64,000 nucleotides of DNA from contig JACQJR010000001.1 in the NCBI GenBank assembly GCA_016204995.1, positions 369,132 through 433,131 on the forward strand. Reading direction: 5' to 3'. This document shows positions 45,444 to 54,680 of the stretch, in pieces; the first letter of the stretch is position 1; every line of letters starts with the position of its first letter. The stretch is from Candidatus Microgenomates bacterium. GTDB taxonomy: Bacteria > Patescibacteriota > Microgenomatia > UBA8517 > JACQJR01. The notes under the pieces are model-generated. The model did no database searches, had not been told where the DNA came from, and saw only the letters and a list, made by a program, of their open reading frames with translations. A program made the translations under genes and the position numbers.

Positions 45444-45854
45444 GTGGCAATTTCAGTCATAGGCATATTATATGCTAAAATAAGTTTGATTATGTTAAAA
45501 GATCGTCCTTTAATCCGCAAAATTTATTTATACCTCTTTTCTTTTGTGGGATTACTTCTGATAGTAATCGGCTTGGTACGATTAGTAGATTTAGGATTAA
45601 AAGTTTATATTTTTAAAAAGGCGGACACATTTGTTTTTTATCCTACTACTCCTAGCCGCCTGGACAAAAATGGCAATACCGTGGATATAACTGAAGAGGA
45701 AAAAGCTAAATTTCAAAAAGAGCAAGAAGCAACTCAATTTCAGCAAACAGAGAGTAACCGCCAGAGAACTGCTTCAAATTCTATTGCCATGATCTTAATC
45801 GGCGCACCCTTATTTTTCTATCACTGGAGAACTATCGGTAAGGAAAATAGCTAG
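45444..45854 (+). CDS. small membrane protein, hypothetical
   Basis: 136 aa; two N-terminal and one C-terminal hydrophobic segments. Confidence 0.4.
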   Translation: MAISVIGILYAKISLIMLKDRPLIRKIYLYLFSFVGLLLIVIGLVRLVDLGLKVYIFKKADTFVFYPTTPSRLDKNGNTVDITEEEKAKFQKEQEATQFQQTESNRQRTASNSIAMILIGAPLFFYHWRTIGKENS

Positions 45855-45863
45855 GGTATAAAT

Positions 45864-46097
45864 TTAAAACTGCACGACAGGAACATCTATTGTATTGTCA
45901 GGTTTAGCATTTAAGGCCTGGTGGATTTTTTGATCAATTTTATCGCTAACTTTTGCCTCAAAATACCTTTCTCCGCATTGTTGGCACACCAGAGCTGGAA
46001 CATCACGTAGAGCAAGAAGATCCTTACCCCAATATCGGGCAATATCTACTTTTTCTTTCTTTAATTTACCACCGCAAAAATAACAAATGTTTGTCAT
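45864..46097 (-). CDS. YgiT-type (MqsA-like) zinc-finger protein, putative antitoxin
   Basis: 77 aa; CYFCGGK...CQQCGERY two CxxC pairs with YgiT-type spacing; downstream of the DUF4258-like gene. Confidence 0.6.
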   Translation of the reverse strand: MTNICYFCGGKLKKEKVDIARYWGKDLLALRDVPALVCQQCGERYFEAKVSDKIDQKIHQALNAKPDNTIDVPVVQF

Positions 46098-46133
46098 ATT
46101 TCACCTCTTATACATTATTATAACATGAACTTA

Positions 46134-46436
46134 TTAGTCGTTTGGTATATAGACTGTGACAATAACAGGTTTTTTAAATCTTAAACCAATGACTACATGA
46201 ATTAATTTATTAGTTTTCGTCTTACCTGCTATCAGACGGCTTTCGCCTCGTGGATCATCCAATCTCTCTTTTATAACAGAACCTGAAAATATTGCTTCCT
46301 CTATCTCATTAACAGTCAACTTATCATTTATTCTTTCTTCATCTGCATGTTCTGAAAAAAGATAATCTTTTTTGCTGATTAAACCCTGTATCTTCTTAAA
46401 ATCCATAGGCAAGAATCTATTTATTATAACTCTCAA
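46134..46436 (-). CDS. DUF4258-like small protein, putative toxin partner of the YgiT zinc-finger protein
   Basis: 100 aa; ...YLFSEHADEERINDKLTVNEIEEAIFSG... resembles the DUF4258 fold; paired gene arrangement. Confidence 0.5.
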   Translation of the reverse strand: MRVIINRFLPMDFKKIQGLISKKDYLFSEHADEERINDKLTVNEIEEAIFSGSVIKERLDDPRGESRLIAGKTKTNKLIHVVIGLRFKKPVIVTVYIPND

Positions 46437-46504
46437 TTAATTGATAAAATGTCTATTATAATAATATTGTGGAGATGCCTGAAGGGTGAAATCGTATTGA
46501 CACC

Positions 46505-47392
46505 TTATAATCCTTCTTCCGCCAATTCTTCAATTAATTCTTTTTGATCTCGGGTCAGTTTTTCAGGGATAGCCACATTCACCCGAACATACTCGTCGCC
46601 TCGTCCCCGGCCGCGCAGATGGGGGATACCACGCTCCTTTAATCTCATCATGGAGCCTGATTGAATACCAGGCCGGATCCGCAATTTCAAATCGCCATCA
46701 ATTGTCGGCACTTTAATTTCCCCGCCCAGTACCGCCAGGCTAAAAGGAATTACTACTTCTACAATCACGTCGCTCCCTTCTCGTCTAAAAACCGGATCTG
46801 GCTGAACACCAATTGTGATATCAAAATCGGCAAAGGCCAAATGAGTTCCATCGTCTGCCCCGGCCGGGATTTTAATAGTCCGTTTTTTGCCCTCAATAGC
46901 AACAGTTTTTTCAACTCCTTTGGCCGCTTCCTTAAAACTAATCTCTAAATGATAATGGGGTTTTTGGGCGCGTCTGTCTCCAAAAGGCGAACCGCCACCG
47001 AAAAATTGTTCAAAAATTTCAAAGGGATCGCCAAAGTCTCCAAAAGGCGAACCGCCACCAGAAGTGGTATAAGTATAAGTAAAAGGACCATAACGGCCAG
47101 TGCGAGCCTGTCCACCGCCACCTCCGAAACCACCACCAAAAGGCCCGCCGCCTGGCATGCCACCGGGGGTAAAAGCGGCATGACCAAATTGGTCATAAGC
47201 GTTCTTTTTTTCCGGATTAGAAAGGACTTCGTAGGCCTCGCTGGCTTCTTTGAATTTTTGTTCAGCTTCGGCGGATTTATTGCGGTCTGGATGCCACTCT
47301 AGGGCTTGCTTGCGATAAGCGCGTTTTATTTCCTCACTTGAGGCATTTTTGGTAACTCCCAGAATATCATAGTAATCTCTTTTTGTAGCCAT
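46505..47392 (-). CDS. dnaJ: J-domain co-chaperone (DnaJ/CbpA-like, no zinc-finger region, single C-terminal domain)
   Basis: 295 aa; J domain [33 protein letters not shown]; G/F-rich region with internal duplicated GGGSPFGD; no CxxCxGxG repeats. Confidence 0.8.
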   Translation of the reverse strand: MATKRDYYDILGVTKNASSEEIKRAYRKQALEWHPDRNKSAEAEQKFKEASEAYEVLSNPEKKNAYDQFGHAAFTPGGMPGGGPFGGGFGGGGGQARTGRYGPFTYTYTTSGGGSPFGDFGDPFEIFEQFFGGGSPFGDRRAQKPHYHLEISFKEAAKGVEKTVAIEGKKRTIKIPAGADDGTHLAFADFDITIGVQPDPVFRREGSDVIVEVVIPFSLAVLGGEIKVPTIDGDLKLRIRPGIQSGSMMRLKERGIPHLRGRGRGDEYVRVNVAIPEKLTRDQKELIEELAEEGL

Positions 47393-47404
47393 AATAATTC
47401 AATT

Positions 47405-47817
47405 ACAAATGCTAAATGATAAATGCTAAATTAATTTTTCTTCGCATTGATAACAATTTTGCTAATTATAGCAATTATCTGCTGATTCTCATCTAAAACT
47501 GGCTCAAATCTAGTTTTTAAACTTAAATTATGGTCGGACAATAATGATAGCCAATAATGCGTTTCTTTTGCTTCTTTCTTAGAAATAGTAAACCTATGTA
47601 TAAACTCTTTCTTAGATTCTGCTCCATCCGCCTCGCTGGCATTCGCACCTATTGAACCAGATGATCTTATAACTTGTCTTATCATTACTAAATTTTCTGG
47701 AGTATTGGGTACGAATTTAACTATTTGGAGAACACCTAAGACGAATTTATATATTCTATTATGTATATCTCTAGTTTTGATTTCATTGGCCATTTATCAT
47801 TGGACATTTAGCATTAA
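47405..47817. repeat. inverted repeats flanking the four-helix-bundle gene (left 47405-47430, right 47794-47817)
   Basis: left AAATGCTAAATGATAAATGCTAAAT; reverse complement of the right AATGCTAAATGTCCAATGATAAATG; shared AATGCTAAATG and ATGATAAATG blocks in inverted orientation. Confidence 0.6.
47431..47793 (-). CDS. four-helix-bundle protein (23S rRNA intervening-sequence protein family, TIGR02436-like)
   Basis: 120 aa; ...SGSIGANASEADGAESKKEFIHRFTISKKEAKETHYWLSLL... typical of this family; inserted between dnaK and dnaJ; flanked by inverted repeats. Confidence 0.7.
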   Translation of the reverse strand: MANEIKTRDIHNRIYKFVLGVLQIVKFVPNTPENLVMIRQVIRSSGSIGANASEADGAESKKEFIHRFTISKKEAKETHYWLSLLSDHNLSLKTRFEPVLDENQQIIAIISKIVINAKKN

Positions 47818-49730
47818 CTTACCACTTCTCCCTCTTCCACATTCTCTTTCTTTTTATCTTCTTTTTTTTCTTCCGCTTTCTCATCGGATCCGGCTTCACC
47901 GGAGGAGGCGGCTTCACCCTGTGGCTGAGCTTGTTGGTACATGGCACTTCCAACTTGCTGTAAAACTTCAGAAAGAGATTTGGTAGCCAGTTCCAACTGA
48001 TCTTTGCCAGCATCTTCTTGGGCCAGCAGTTCTTTCACTTTCTTCACCTCGTCTTCTACTTTAGTTTTGACATCGGCCGACACTTTATCTCCCGCATCTT
48101 TTAAAGTTTTATCGGCAGTAAAAACCAACGCATCAGCATTGTTTCTGGCTTCAATCGTTTCCTTTTTGGCTGCATCTTCGCTGGCGTGCTTTTCTGCCTC
48201 TTCTTGCATCTTCTTGATTTCACTATCTGACAAACCCACCGCCCCGGTAATGGTAATTTTCTGTTCCCGGTTGGTCGCTTTATCGTGTGCTTTTACATTT
48301 AAGATGCCGTTCGCGTCCATATCAAAAGTTACTTCAATTTGGGGAATGCCGCGTGGTGCCGGCGGAATACCATCTAAAATAAACCTGCCTAAAGATTTGT
48401 TATCAACAGCTAATGGCCGCTCACCTTGAGTGACATTAATCTCCACTTGAGTTTGATTATCAGCCGCCGTGGAGAAAATTTGGCTTTTGCTGGTGGGCAC
48501 CGTGGTATTTCGCGGAATCATGGGGGTAGCCACTCCGCCTAAAGTCTCAATAGATAAACTCAAAGGCGTCACATCCAGCAGTAAAATGTCTTTGACTTCA
48601 CCTGATAACACCCCGCCTTGAATGGCCGCGCCGATTGCCACCACCTCATCCGGATTAACCCCCTTATGCGGCTCTTTGCCGAAAAATTCGTGGACTACTT
48701 CCTGAACTTTGGGCATTCTGGTCATTCCCCCTACTAACACCACCTCGTCTACTTTTTTGGAATCTACTTTGGCGTCTTTCAAACAAGCCGCGACTGGCTT
48801 CATCGTCTTCTCAATTAAATCACCCACCAAAGCTTCCAATTTGGCCCGAGATAATTTCATGGTCAAATGCAAAGGAGTGCCGTCTTTTTGAGTAATGTAG
48901 GGTTGGTTAATTTCAGTTTCGGTGGCGCTGGAAAGTTCAATCTTGGCTTTTTCGGCCGCATCTCGTAATCTTTGTAAGGCTTGAGGGTCTTGCCGCAAAT
49001 CAGTACTGTATTCTTTCTTAAACTCATCGGCAATCCAATTCATAATCACCTGATCAAAATCGTCTCCGCCTAAATGGGTATCGCCGTTAGTAGCTTTAAC
49101 TTCAAAAACACCTTCGCCCAATTCCAAAATAGAAATATCAAAAGTGCCGCCGCCCAAATCGTAAACGGCAATGGTGTGGGCATTTTTCTTATCAAGACCA
49201 TAGGCCAAGGCCGCCGCGGTTGGTTCGTTAATAATCCGCTCCACTTTCAACCCGGCAATTTCCCCGGCCTGTTTAGTGGCAGTTCTTTGATTGTCGTCAA
49301 AATAAGCAGGAACCGTAATAACGGCCCGATCAACTGTTTCGCCTAAATAACTTTCCGCATCTTTTTTCAATTTTGTCAAAATGCGAGCAGAAATTTCCTG
49401 AGGAGAATAAGCTTTCCCTTCTACCACCACTTCAGCCAAACCATCTTTGCCGGCGCGAATCTCATAAGGCACCATTTTCTTGGTTTTTTCTACTTCGGGA
49501 TCGCTAACTCTGTGGCCCATCAATCTTTTAATGGAATAAATGGTGCTCTTGGGGTTTAAAATCATTTGCCGTTTGGCCACATCACCTACCAAATTTTTAA
49601 CCGGCTCAACAACGGATGGGGTAATATTGCGGCCAGTATCAGCCGCCGGAATCACCTTGGGCTGTCCGCCTTCCAAAACCGCGACGACCGAATTAGTCGT
49701 TCCTAAATCAATACCGATTATTTTACTCAT
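47814..49730 (-). CDS. dnaK: molecular chaperone DnaK (start taken at internal [14 protein letters not shown])
   Basis: [32 protein letters not shown] Hsp70 signatures. Confidence 0.96.
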   Translation of the reverse strand: MSKIIGIDLGTTNSVVAVLEGGQPKVIPAADTGRNITPSVVEPVKNLVGDVAKRQMILNPKSTIYSIKRLMGHRVSDPEVEKTKKMVPYEIRAGKDGLAEVVVEGKAYSPQEISARILTKLKKDAESYLGETVDRAVITVPAYFDDNQRTATKQAGEIAGLKVERIINEPTAAALAYGLDKKNAHTIAVYDLGGGTFDISILELGEGVFEVKATNGDTHLGGDDFDQVIMNWIADEFKKEYSTDLRQDPQALQRLRDAAEKAKIELSSATETEINQPYITQKDGTPLHLTMKLSRAKLEALVGDLIEKTMKPVAACLKDAKVDSKKVDEVVLVGGMTRMPKVQEVVHEFFGKEPHKGVNPDEVVAIGAAIQGGVLSGEVKDILLLDVTPLSLSIETLGGVATPMIPRNTTVPTSKSQIFSTAADNQTQVEINVTQGERPLAVDNKSLGRFILDGIPPAPRGIPQIEVTFDMDANGILNVKAHDKATNREQKITITGAVGLSDSEIKKMQEEAEKHASEDAAKKETIEARNNADALVFTADKTLKDAGDKVSADVKTKVEDEVKKVKELLAQEDAGKDQLELATKSLSEVLQQVGSAMYQQAQPQGEAASSGEAGSDEKAEEKKEDKKKENVEEGEVVS

Positions 49731-50151
49731 GTAATTCCTCCTTTTTTCCAAAAACCTTCACTTTGGCTGGCCGAATGATAAAATCCTCATTTTTCATTTT
49801 CCAGCCTGGCTGAACTACTTCGCAAATGGTATTAACCTGATCGTCTTCTACCATCTGTACTGCTTCTTCCAAAAGCGGATTAAATTTATCTCCTACTTGG
49901 ACTGCTATTACTTCTACTCCTAGATCCGCCAGAGCCGATTTAAAATCTTGAATGACTAATTCTAAACCGCTATCCTTTAAATGCTCCTGGGCCTTATTTA
50001 GCATATCAAAAACTGGCAAAATTCTCAAAACTATTTTGGCAGTTTCAATTTTTGACCAATCTGCCCGATCTGACTCAATCCTTTTTCTTAAATTATCATA
50101 ATCGGCCAGAGCTCTGGCCAGTTGAATTTTTAACTCATTTTTTTTCTGCAT
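49723..50151 (-). CDS. grpE: nucleotide exchange factor GrpE (short form)
   Basis: 142 aa; coiled-coil then ...[14 protein letters not shown]... GrpE motif; between hrcA and dnaK. Confidence 0.8.
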   Translation of the reverse strand: MQKKNELKIQLARALADYDNLRKRIESDRADWSKIETAKIVLRILPVFDMLNKAQEHLKDSGLELVIQDFKSALADLGVEVIAVQVGDKFNPLLEEAVQMVEDDQVNTICEVVQPGWKMKNEDFIIRPAKVKVFGKKEELHE

Positions 50152-50155
50152 ACAA

Positions 50156-50893
50156 TTAGAAATCCCTCATCGCTTCTGATAATAAACTGCCAAAATATCT
50201 GACGCGGGGTATGACATAAGAAAAAGGCAGGCGAGCCGGCCCTACTACCCCGACTGCACAATGTCGACCTTTATTACCAATGAGAAATTTGGTGGCCACA
50301 ATCCCAATTGGCTCAAAATAGGGCCAGCCTAATTCTTCCCCGAACAGAATTGCTACCGGCTCTCCCGGTAATTTTTCAAAAAATAGTTCCTGTATTCTTT
50401 TAACTTCTTCCAAGATGGCTAAAACATGAGAGGTCACGTCAATATTATAAAATTCCGGCTTTTCTAAAATTTTAGCATAGCCGGCGTGCCAAATTGAATC
50501 GTCATCTTCTAGGGCGCCAATCGCTAAAGTACCAGTAGATTGGGCCAGAGCGCGAGTGGCTTCGCGCATCACATGATCCACGTCACGCTTTGAATCTTTA
50601 ATTCGCTCCTTAGCTGAAACCTCTTCGGTGACTGACAGCTGTTTTTCATCCATTAACTGCTGGACATAGAAACGCAAACCGCGAGAGGTGGGAATGCGGC
50701 CGGCAGAGGAGAAGGTCTGTTTTAGAAAGCCAGAACGAGTCAAAGCTACCATTTCATTACGAATAGTAGCAGGCGATACACCTAAACTATATTTTTTCTC
50801 CAGAGTTTCTGAACCGACTGGTTCAGCCGCTTCAATATATTCTTCAATTAGCGCCTTTAAAATATGAGCTTGTCTGGGAGTTAATTCGTTCAT
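50156..50893 (-). CDS. hrcA: heat-inducible transcription repressor HrcA
   Basis: 245 aa; N-terminal wHTH LTPRQAHILKALIEEYIEAAEPVGSETL; CIRCE element immediately upstream. Confidence 0.85.
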   Translation of the reverse strand: MNELTPRQAHILKALIEEYIEAAEPVGSETLEKKYSLGVSPATIRNEMVALTRSGFLKQTFSSAGRIPTSRGLRFYVQQLMDEKQLSVTEEVSAKERIKDSKRDVDHVMREATRALAQSTGTLAIGALEDDDSIWHAGYAKILEKPEFYNIDVTSHVLAILEEVKRIQELFFEKLPGEPVAILFGEELGWPYFEPIGIVATKFLIGNKGRHCAVGVVGPARLPFSYVIPRVRYFGSLLSEAMRDF

Positions 50894-50920
50894 ATATTTA
50901 CCCTGAGTAAAATCTAAGGG

Positions 50921-50947
50921 TTAGCACTATAATACCACGACTGCTAA
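50921..50947. promoter_or_regulatory. CIRCE operator (HrcA binding site) upstream of hrcA-grpE-dnaK
   Basis: TTAGCACTA-N9-GACTGCTAA, 27 nt before the hrcA start; one mismatch to the consensus TTAGCACTC-N9-GAGTGCTAA. Confidence 0.75.
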
Positions 50948-51089
50948 TCTTGTCAAGGGCCAACTTAACTTTAAAAGAGGCATAAAACGTGTAAGTGCGG
51001 ATATATGTAAGTTTTCCTCAGGGTGTAAGGATAACCATAAAGATATTGTGAATATTAATCCAAAATTACATTAGATCTGAAAATAGGAG

Positions 51090-52814
51090 TTATCCTCCAG
51101 GGGGAAGAGGAATACCGTTTTCTTCCGTCGCTTCGCGAGGAACAGGTGGAGCTTCTCTTTTTAATATTTGGCCGACCCAGCGGGCTAAAATTTCCACCTC
51201 GCGAACTTTGAAAAAGACACTCATGGCAAAATAAACCAAAAAGCCGACAGTCATTACCAAGAGGGTTAAAAAGATTAAATTAATCGTATATCTGGTATCC
51301 AGCACAAATCTTTCAAAACCAGTCGGCAAGGACAAGCCTAAGTTGCCCAAGAAAGAAAGATTTTTATCCCAGACTGCCCGGTCCAAAATTTTCAGTAACA
51401 GATACATCACTAATCCTGACGCGGCAGCGGCAAAAATAATTCTCCCCACGCTCAAAAATAAATCACGTGTCAAAACTGCTACTTTTTTATTTAAAATCAG
51501 CATCAAAACCACCAGCTGCACCAAAGAGGCTAGGGAAAAAGCCAGGGCAATGCTCCATACTCCAAAACCCAGAGTTTTAATAAAGAAAAAGGCCAGTATT
51601 GCCTCAATTGACAAAGTCGCCAAAGAAGCCAGCATAGGAGTCTTGGTATTTTGCAGGGCGTAAAAAGAGCGAGTGACTAAATTTAAAACCGCTTGGGCGA
51701 CTGTACCAATGGTAAAGGCGGATAGAGCTAGTCCAGTCTGGACAGTGGCATCCCAGCTAAAACGATCCGTCCCAAAAGCCAGACGGACAAGCGGAATGCG
51801 CAACACCAAAAATACTGTGGCCAGCGGCACCACAAAAAAGAGAATTTGGGAGATAGTAAAATGAAAAGTTTTGGCAAAAGTTTCCCGATCGTTTCTAGCT
51901 ACATGAGCGCTCATTGTGGGAAGGGCCGCCTTGGCAAAGGAGTAACCGAATAAAGCCACCGGAAAAAGCTGGAGGGTGTTGGCAAAAGTTAAAAAGGTAT
52001 AAGAAGCCACCGAAATCAGGGTGGACAAGAATAACTCCACCGACTTAGTAATTTGCACTACCAATAGTTCAATTATACGAGGAGCCGCCAGCTTAATTAT
52101 TCTTCTGAAATCCGGATCTCTTAAATTAAAATAGGGTACAAATCTAAAACCTAAATTTTGGGCAAAGGGCACTTGAAAAGCAAAATGAACCCCGGCCCCA
52201 AATACCGCCCCGATCGCCGCCCCCCACACCCCTAAATGGCCCAGGAAAATGGCTCCGGCAATAATACCTAAATTATAAAAAAGCGGGGCAATGGCCGGCA
52301 CTAAAAAGCGGCCGGTCGCCTCTTGAGTACTGCTGGCAAAAAAACTCAACAGAAAAAAGCCTTGTGCTAATAATAATAAACGGGTTAACCCTGCCATTGT
52401 TTCCTGCATGGCTGGGGGAAAACCGGGAGCTAAAATCTGGGCTAGGGGAAAAGCAAAAATGAAAATAGCCAGGGAAAATAATAAAAAGGCGAACAAAATC
52501 ACAGTTTGCATTAAACTGGCTACGTACCAGGCGCGTTTAGCTTGGCCGCTGGAAAGAAGAGTAGTAAAAACCGGAATAAAAGCCGAAGCTAGCGATCCGG
52601 CCACCAAAATTTCAAAAATTGTTTCCGGTAGCCTAAAGGCGGCAAAATAAACAGATAACTCCTCTACCGAAAAATAGTCTACCAAGACCCGTTGTCTGAC
52701 TAAACCTAAAACGCGGGAAACAGCAATCATGGCCATCACCAAAAAGGCCGCCGATAAAATACTGCCCTGTTTTCGGCTTAAAAAAGCTTTGCCTCTAATT
52801 AACCACCTTTGCAT
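51090..52814 (-). CDS. murJ: lipid II flippase MurJ/MviN
   Basis: 574 aa, about 14 TM helices; N-terminal AAFLVMAMIAVSRVLGLVRQRVLVDYFSVEELSVYFAAFRLPE matches the MurJ signature. Confidence 0.85.
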   Translation of the reverse strand: MQRWLIRGKAFLSRKQGSILSAAFLVMAMIAVSRVLGLVRQRVLVDYFSVEELSVYFAAFRLPETIFEILVAGSLASAFIPVFTTLLSSGQAKRAWYVASLMQTVILFAFLLFSLAIFIFAFPLAQILAPGFPPAMQETMAGLTRLLLLAQGFFLLSFFASSTQEATGRFLVPAIAPLFYNLGIIAGAIFLGHLGVWGAAIGAVFGAGVHFAFQVPFAQNLGFRFVPYFNLRDPDFRRIIKLAAPRIIELLVVQITKSVELFLSTLISVASYTFLTFANTLQLFPVALFGYSFAKAALPTMSAHVARNDRETFAKTFHFTISQILFFVVPLATVFLVLRIPLVRLAFGTDRFSWDATVQTGLALSAFTIGTVAQAVLNLVTRSFYALQNTKTPMLASLATLSIEAILAFFFIKTLGFGVWSIALAFSLASLVQLVVLMLILNKKVAVLTRDLFLSVGRIIFAAAASGLVMYLLLKILDRAVWDKNLSFLGNLGLSLPTGFERFVLDTRYTINLIFLTLLVMTVGFLVYFAMSVFFKVREVEILARWVGQILKREAPPVPREATEENGIPLPPGG

Positions 52815-52849
52815 TGAGTTTTTCCCCTTGTTGGATTATACTGTAAGAT

Positions 52850-53158
52850 ATGCCACAGACAAAATCGGCAAAACGGGCTTTAAGAGCCAGCAAGGACCGG
52901 AGATTAAGAAATGCCAAAATTTCTGCCGGTTATAAAAAGGCCATTAAGCTGGCACGCGCCAAAAATACTCCCAGCCTAATAAGCACTGCATATCAAACAT
53001 TGGATATGGCAGCTAAAATTGGCGTTATTCATTGGAAAAAAGCGGCCCGCCTAAAAAGCCAATTAGCCAAAGCTGGACAAAAGACTCCAAGTTCCACCAC
53101 TCAACCAAAAGTCAAGAAATCTTCTAAGAATGTAAGTTTGAAAAGTATTTTTAACTAA
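52850..53158 (+). CDS. rpsT: 30S ribosomal protein S20; the last 9 codons are supplied by the 94-bp repeat element
   Basis: MPQTKSAKRALRASKDRRLRNAKISAGYKKAIK... S20 signature; C-terminus ...NVSLKSIFN encoded by the repeat starting at 53131. Confidence 0.8.
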   Translation: MPQTKSAKRALRASKDRRLRNAKISAGYKKAIKLARAKNTPSLISTAYQTLDMAAKIGVIHWKKAARLKSQLAKAGQKTPSSTTQPKVKKSSKNVSLKSIFN

Positions 53159-53224
53159 CTTTAGGTTCAATTTTACAAATTTTGATAAATTTTCGAACCT
53201 AAATCATTTTTCAAACTTACACTC
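53131..53224. repeat. 94-bp repeat element copy 1 (internally palindromic, MITE-like); left boundary of the GC-rich insert
   Basis: identical over 94 of 94 bp to 55877-55970; terminal inverted repeats GAGTGTAAGTTTGAAAA / TTTTCAAACTTACACTC and inner AGGTTC...GAACCT. Confidence 0.9.
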
Positions 53225-53395
53225 GGAATACCGGTCCCGCCACCGTACCTGCTTGCTTGCCACCACGATGTCGCTTCTCAGGAACAAATCCATTGTCCAG
53301 GGGGCAAGAAGAAACCCAAAAGCAGGTGCTCGCGGGTTTTTTTATTTCCGGCTAACTGCCAATTCTGGGCCGATTTAGGAACGATGTTGGGGGTT

Positions 53396-53470
53396 TGGAG
53401 CGGGAGACGGGACTCGAACCCGCGACAGCCTGCTTGGAAGGCAGTCTGTTACGGCCTAGCTAGTCTCCGC
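53396..53470 (-). tRNA. tRNA-Gly(UCC)-like element with non-canonical 5' half (pseudo-tRNA or integration-site remnant)
   Basis: minus-strand reading gives anticodon arm CTGC-CTTCCAA-GCAG (anticodon UCC), T-arm GCGGG-TTCGAGT-CCCGT and 3' end CTCCCGC-T-CCA (Gly-like C70/G71/C72 and U73). The 5' strand GCGGAGA mispairs and there is no canonical D-arm. Confidence 0.3.
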
Positions 53471-53990
53471 ACGGTCCTGGGGAGGAGGGTCCAGGCAGAC
53501 GGTCACCGACCATGTCCACTGGACACTAACAATATGCACTATTGGGCTGAATCTGGCAAGGCTCTGCAAGGCATTCGGTAATTATTGACGGCAAGCTACT
53601 ACCTGCCTGACGCGACTCTCTCGCGTCAGGCCGAACAACCAGTTATGCCTGTTCTTAGGAAACGGATCAGTTGTCAACCCCCCAATTCAAGGTCAAGAAC
53701 GGCGGTATTCAGAATACCTGTCTTATAATGAGGTCGGCAGGCAGGGCCGCAAATCATGAGCAAGGAGGCAGAGCCACAGCTACATACATCATCAGAAGTA
53801 AGACCATCGAACCCCGCGGTCTCTAACATCCTGCGGGGCATACATCATAGCTTTCGAAGACCCAGGGCGTTAGAAGTCGCTCTATACTCTGTCCCGGTAC
53901 TTGCCGGAGCCGCAAATTGCTATTTGTCGAAACAATTGGCTTCCAGTGACCTAGCTGAGCGCAGAGCAGCGCTCGGTACCATGCTGATTG

Positions 53991-54653
53991 TCACTGGGGT
54001 ATGGGGCTTGGCTCTCCGTTTGAGGAATTTAAAGCCTTGAATAGGCAAACAAGTGCTTCAATAGCCACTGAAGTGAGTATACTACCCAGCAACACAATCG
54101 ATATCTCTCGAAAATCCGGCAGGGCAGGTGACCCAGAGAGCTGGGAGGAATCCCGAGTTATCTCTAGGAACAATAATGCGCCCGAAGTAACCGCTCCACC
54201 TATCCAAATAATCAAAATACTCGTATTAGCGCCAAGAATTACGCAGGCAACCCGGAAGACCCCCAAGACGGATAATGTAAGAAACGAAACCAAGATAGGA
54301 TTGTTGATGCCTGCGGGTGTTCCTGATCCCACTACGCTTCCTAACCCGAGGCTTGTCCACCCCAACATAATGTACACGAACCAAATCTCCGGGAACTTAG
54401 GGTGTCCCTTATCGCCATTCGAGCAGAACACAGGCAGAGCCCACCCGGAGAATCGATTTGGCCAAACCGCTGCTAGAGTTAACGCACCGATTCCGACCGC
54501 TAATGTTAAGTTGCCACTCCGCGCAATTACCTCAAGTAGCACTTCTCGCTCGCTGCATTCGTTTGTACCTCCGATCACGCCAAGGGCAGCGACGAGCAAC
54601 AACATGAGGGCAACACGGCAGATCTGCTGCCCACGTAAAAGAATACCTAGCAT
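53991..54653 (-). CDS. polytopic membrane protein, hypothetical (inside the GC-rich insert)
   Basis: 220 aa, 6 or more hydrophobic segments; the opposing plus-strand ORF 54001-54666 is Arg/Ser/Pro/Thr-rich and looks antisense. Confidence 0.4.
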   Translation of the reverse strand: MLGILLRGQQICRVALMLLLVAALGVIGGTNECSEREVLLEVIARSGNLTLAVGIGALTLAAVWPNRFSGWALPVFCSNGDKGHPKFPEIWFVYIMLGWTSLGLGSVVGSGTPAGINNPILVSFLTLSVLGVFRVACVILGANTSILIIWIGGAVTSGALLFLEITRDSSQLSGSPALPDFREISIVLLGSILTSVAIEALVCLFKALNSSNGEPSPIPQ

Positions 54654-54680
54654 GGCGTCCGTTTAGCTGTTCCTTCTAGG

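Noticed and set aside
47819-48013. 64-aa Lys/Arg-rich minus-strand ORF at the dnaK 3' end
   Set aside because: An alternate frame of the acidic, Lys-rich DnaK C-terminal tail coding region; a poly-basic artefact.
53384-53581. 65-aa plus-strand ORF (MLGVWSGRRDSNPRQPAWKA...)
   Set aside because: It overlaps the tRNA-like T-arm and acceptor sequence on the opposite strand. RDSNPRQP is the classic antisense translation of GGTTCGAATCC-type tRNA sequence. The region is GC-rich, structured, non-coding-looking DNA.
53380-53760. tmRNA (ssrA) hypothesis for the roughly 360-nt GC-rich non-coding stretch
   Set aside because: The tRNA-like 3' end has glycine-type identity (C70, G71, C72, U73, anticodon-like UCC arm), not the G3:U70/A73 alanine identity required of tmRNA. 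No tag-like reading frame ending in hydrophobic residues plus a stop codon was found on either strand. No 5' strand complementary to the 3' acceptor strand was found.
54001-54666. 221-aa plus-strand ORF
   Set aside because: Arg/Ser/Pro/Thr-rich, low-complexity translation typical of the antisense strand of a membrane-protein gene. The overlapping minus-strand ORF 53991-54653 has clean TM helices and is preferred.
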